From positions 716 to 64,715 of IMG/VR virus record IMGVR_UViG_3300028833_000126: a DNA stretch of 64,000 nt, one strand, 5' to 3'. The notes below the pieces were generated by a model. It saw only the letters and a list, made by a program, of their open reading frames with translations. It did no database searches and was not told the origin of the DNA. The translations under genes and the position numbers were made by a program. Below, one piece after another: positions 62,797 through 64,000 of the stretch. The first letter of the stretch is position 1. Every line of letters begins with the position of its first letter. The stretch is from a virus. Its lineage: Duplodnaviria; Heunggongvirae; Uroviricota; Caudoviricetes.

Positions 62797-64000
62797 TTAG
62801 ACCCCCCTTCTGGACATTGCCCATCTTGTACCCATGAGTTCGTCAGTCTTTTGGTATGTACCGCCAGCGAGAACTCCGGTATCGAGATAGATATCTGTGT
62901 TCTTATTCTTAAGATCTTCAATGTTGCCGTTAATTGCTTCAAGCCAGCGTTCACCATGAGAACTCTGCTCATTCAGTTTTGCCTCAGCATCGTATCTTGC
63001 CTGACGTTCCTCTTCGAACTGAGTCTGAATCTGACTTGCCTTTGCTTCTGCATCAAACCCGTTCATCAAATATCCAAATGCACGGGCAGAAGAAGGATCA
63101 AGGCTCATCTGATATGCCTCAAGTTCATCACTCGCAAGCTGCATGTCGCCATACTGGACTACACGAGTAACGGAGGTTGTGCTATCGCTGATGCCATCGA
63201 GCCGCTTCTTCAGATTGCTTGTGTACTCGTCGAGCTGGTCATTGTTCATGACAAACCACGGATCAGACGCATAGCCGGAGATGCCTTCGAATGCTTCTTT
63301 GAACGGCTCGAATGCCTTCTGCTGGAATTCATTCCAACCAGCTCCGAGAAATCCGTCCTGAGCGGCTTCCGCCATCGTTCGTCCTGCGCCTTCGACAAGA
63401 TCCACATTGCTGACCATACCGTCTGCAACAGTAGTCACAAAATCAGTCGTAACATCCTGCGTGTACCAAGCATTGTCGCCGCCTTCTGCATAAGATGAGA
63501 TACCGGCAATAGCTCCGGAAGCATCGTATTCACCTGCGGAGAGCATGGAGCCGTATTGAGAGACGAGACCATCACAAATAGATCCGCCAACATCTGTACC
63601 TGCATCGTATGCCTCCATCTTGTTAGAAACAGCGCTTTCGGCAAAAGTGGTGACGAAATCTCCGCCGATCTCCGAAATGTCTTCTTCATTCTGGAACAAG
63701 CCATCGAAATATCCAGCGCCGATATCAAAACCGGCATCTTGAGCTTCTTTAAGAAACTCATCTTTCTTCATCGTTCCAGCGATTTTAGACATAAGATCTT
63801 TTGCTTTTGCCTCACAGCCCGGAACACTGTCAAATAAACCAGATGCAACGCCGGCACCGAGATACTGTCCAACTTCTTCTCTTGTTACTTCAGAAGGAGA
63901 ACTAATCGCAGCTTCTTGTTTCATCGAATTGACGGCTTGATTAATGACTTTCTTAGCGGCTTTCCTGATTGTTGTATCGGAAGATTTCTCAAGCCCCTTT
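62797..64000 (-). CDS. tail tape-measure protein, C-terminal part (gene continues beyond the window end)
   Basis: Gly/Ala/Asp-rich low-complexity sequence with repeated GxG/AG motifs immediately upstream of Dit; the frame stays open to the window edge. Confidence 0.45.
   Translation of the reverse strand, partial: KGLEKSSDTTIRKAAKKVINQAVNSMKQEAAISSPSEVTREEVGQYLGAGVASGLFDSVPGCEAKAKDLMSKIAGTMKKDEFLKEAQDAGFDIGAGYFDGLFQNEEDISEIGGDFVTTFAESAVSNKMEAYDAGTDVGGSICDGLVSQYGSMLSAGEYDASGAIAGISSYAEGGDNAWYTQDVTTDFVTTVADGMVSNVDLVEGAGRTMAEAAQDGFLGAGWNEFQQKAFEPFKEAFEGISGYASDPWFVMNNDQLDEYTSNLKKRLDGISDSTTSVTRVVQYGDMQLASDELEAYQMSLDPSSARAFGYLMNGFDAEAKASQIQTQFEEERQARYDAEAKLNEQSSHGERWLEAINGNIEDLKNKNTDIYLDTGVLAGGTYQKTDELMGTRWAMSRRGV

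Noticed and set aside
1-64000. CRISPR arrays, rRNA genes, transposase / IS elements
   Set aside because: No repeat-spacer periodicity, no rRNA-like segments and no DDE/transposase-like ORFs were seen. The only recombinase is the tyrosine integrase.

Overview
This window is best explained as about 64 kb of a tailed phage or prophage genome in which every gene is on the minus strand. The gene style (AT-rich sequence, AAAGGAG-type ribosome-binding sites, many tiny genes) suggests a Firmicutes-type siphovirus. All calls come from reading the six-frame translations and the raw sequence by eye; no database search was possible.

Reading in the direction of transcription, from high to low coordinates, the modules are:
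- Tail and lysis (62.8-64.0 kb down to 50 kb): a partial tape-measure protein, a distal-tail (Dit-like) protein with an internal tandem duplication, a tail protein with an NlpC/P60 peptidase domain, a 1195-aa tail-tip protein (Tal-like), an Amidase_2 endolysin, two holin-like genes and three tail-fibre-like genes.
- Integration (47.9-49.5 kb): a tyrosine integrase, an excisionase-like gene, and an attP-like region with arm-type repeats.
- A long accessory/early region (47.7 kb down to 5.9 kb): about 90 small genes, many membrane-anchored or Cys-rich, including three- and two-member paralog families, a macro-domain protein, a MazG-like protein, a deoxyribosyltransferase-like protein, an SPFH protein and an SF2 helicase. 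It also holds a 1402-aa fusion of an SF3 helicase, an AEP-type primase and a family-B DNA polymerase, with an SSB-like gene next to it.
- Transcription and nucleases (5.9 kb down to 2.1 kb): a VRR-NUC nuclease, a PD-(D/E)xK nuclease, and a 958-aa protein carrying both double-psi beta-barrel signatures of multisubunit RNA polymerases (GRxxxxNKG and R-YPH...GADFDGDTVMVIPL). That makes it a YonO-like single-chain RNA polymerase; here it appears fused to sigma-region-4-like helix-turn-helix (HTH) modules.
- Packaging (below 1.7 kb): a GC-rich structured non-coding region, an HNH endonuclease and packaging-associated genes.

The non-coding DNA is highly organised. At least 19 copies of one promoter-like element (TTGTCGCG-A-AGAA-TTCAT-N7-TATAATGG) are each immediately preceded by a hairpin terminator with a related loop. 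There are also an iteron array, a three-copy ATCACCTGCGTGCC element next to extended -10 boxes, a tRNA with anticodon UAU, and several GC-rich structured islands.
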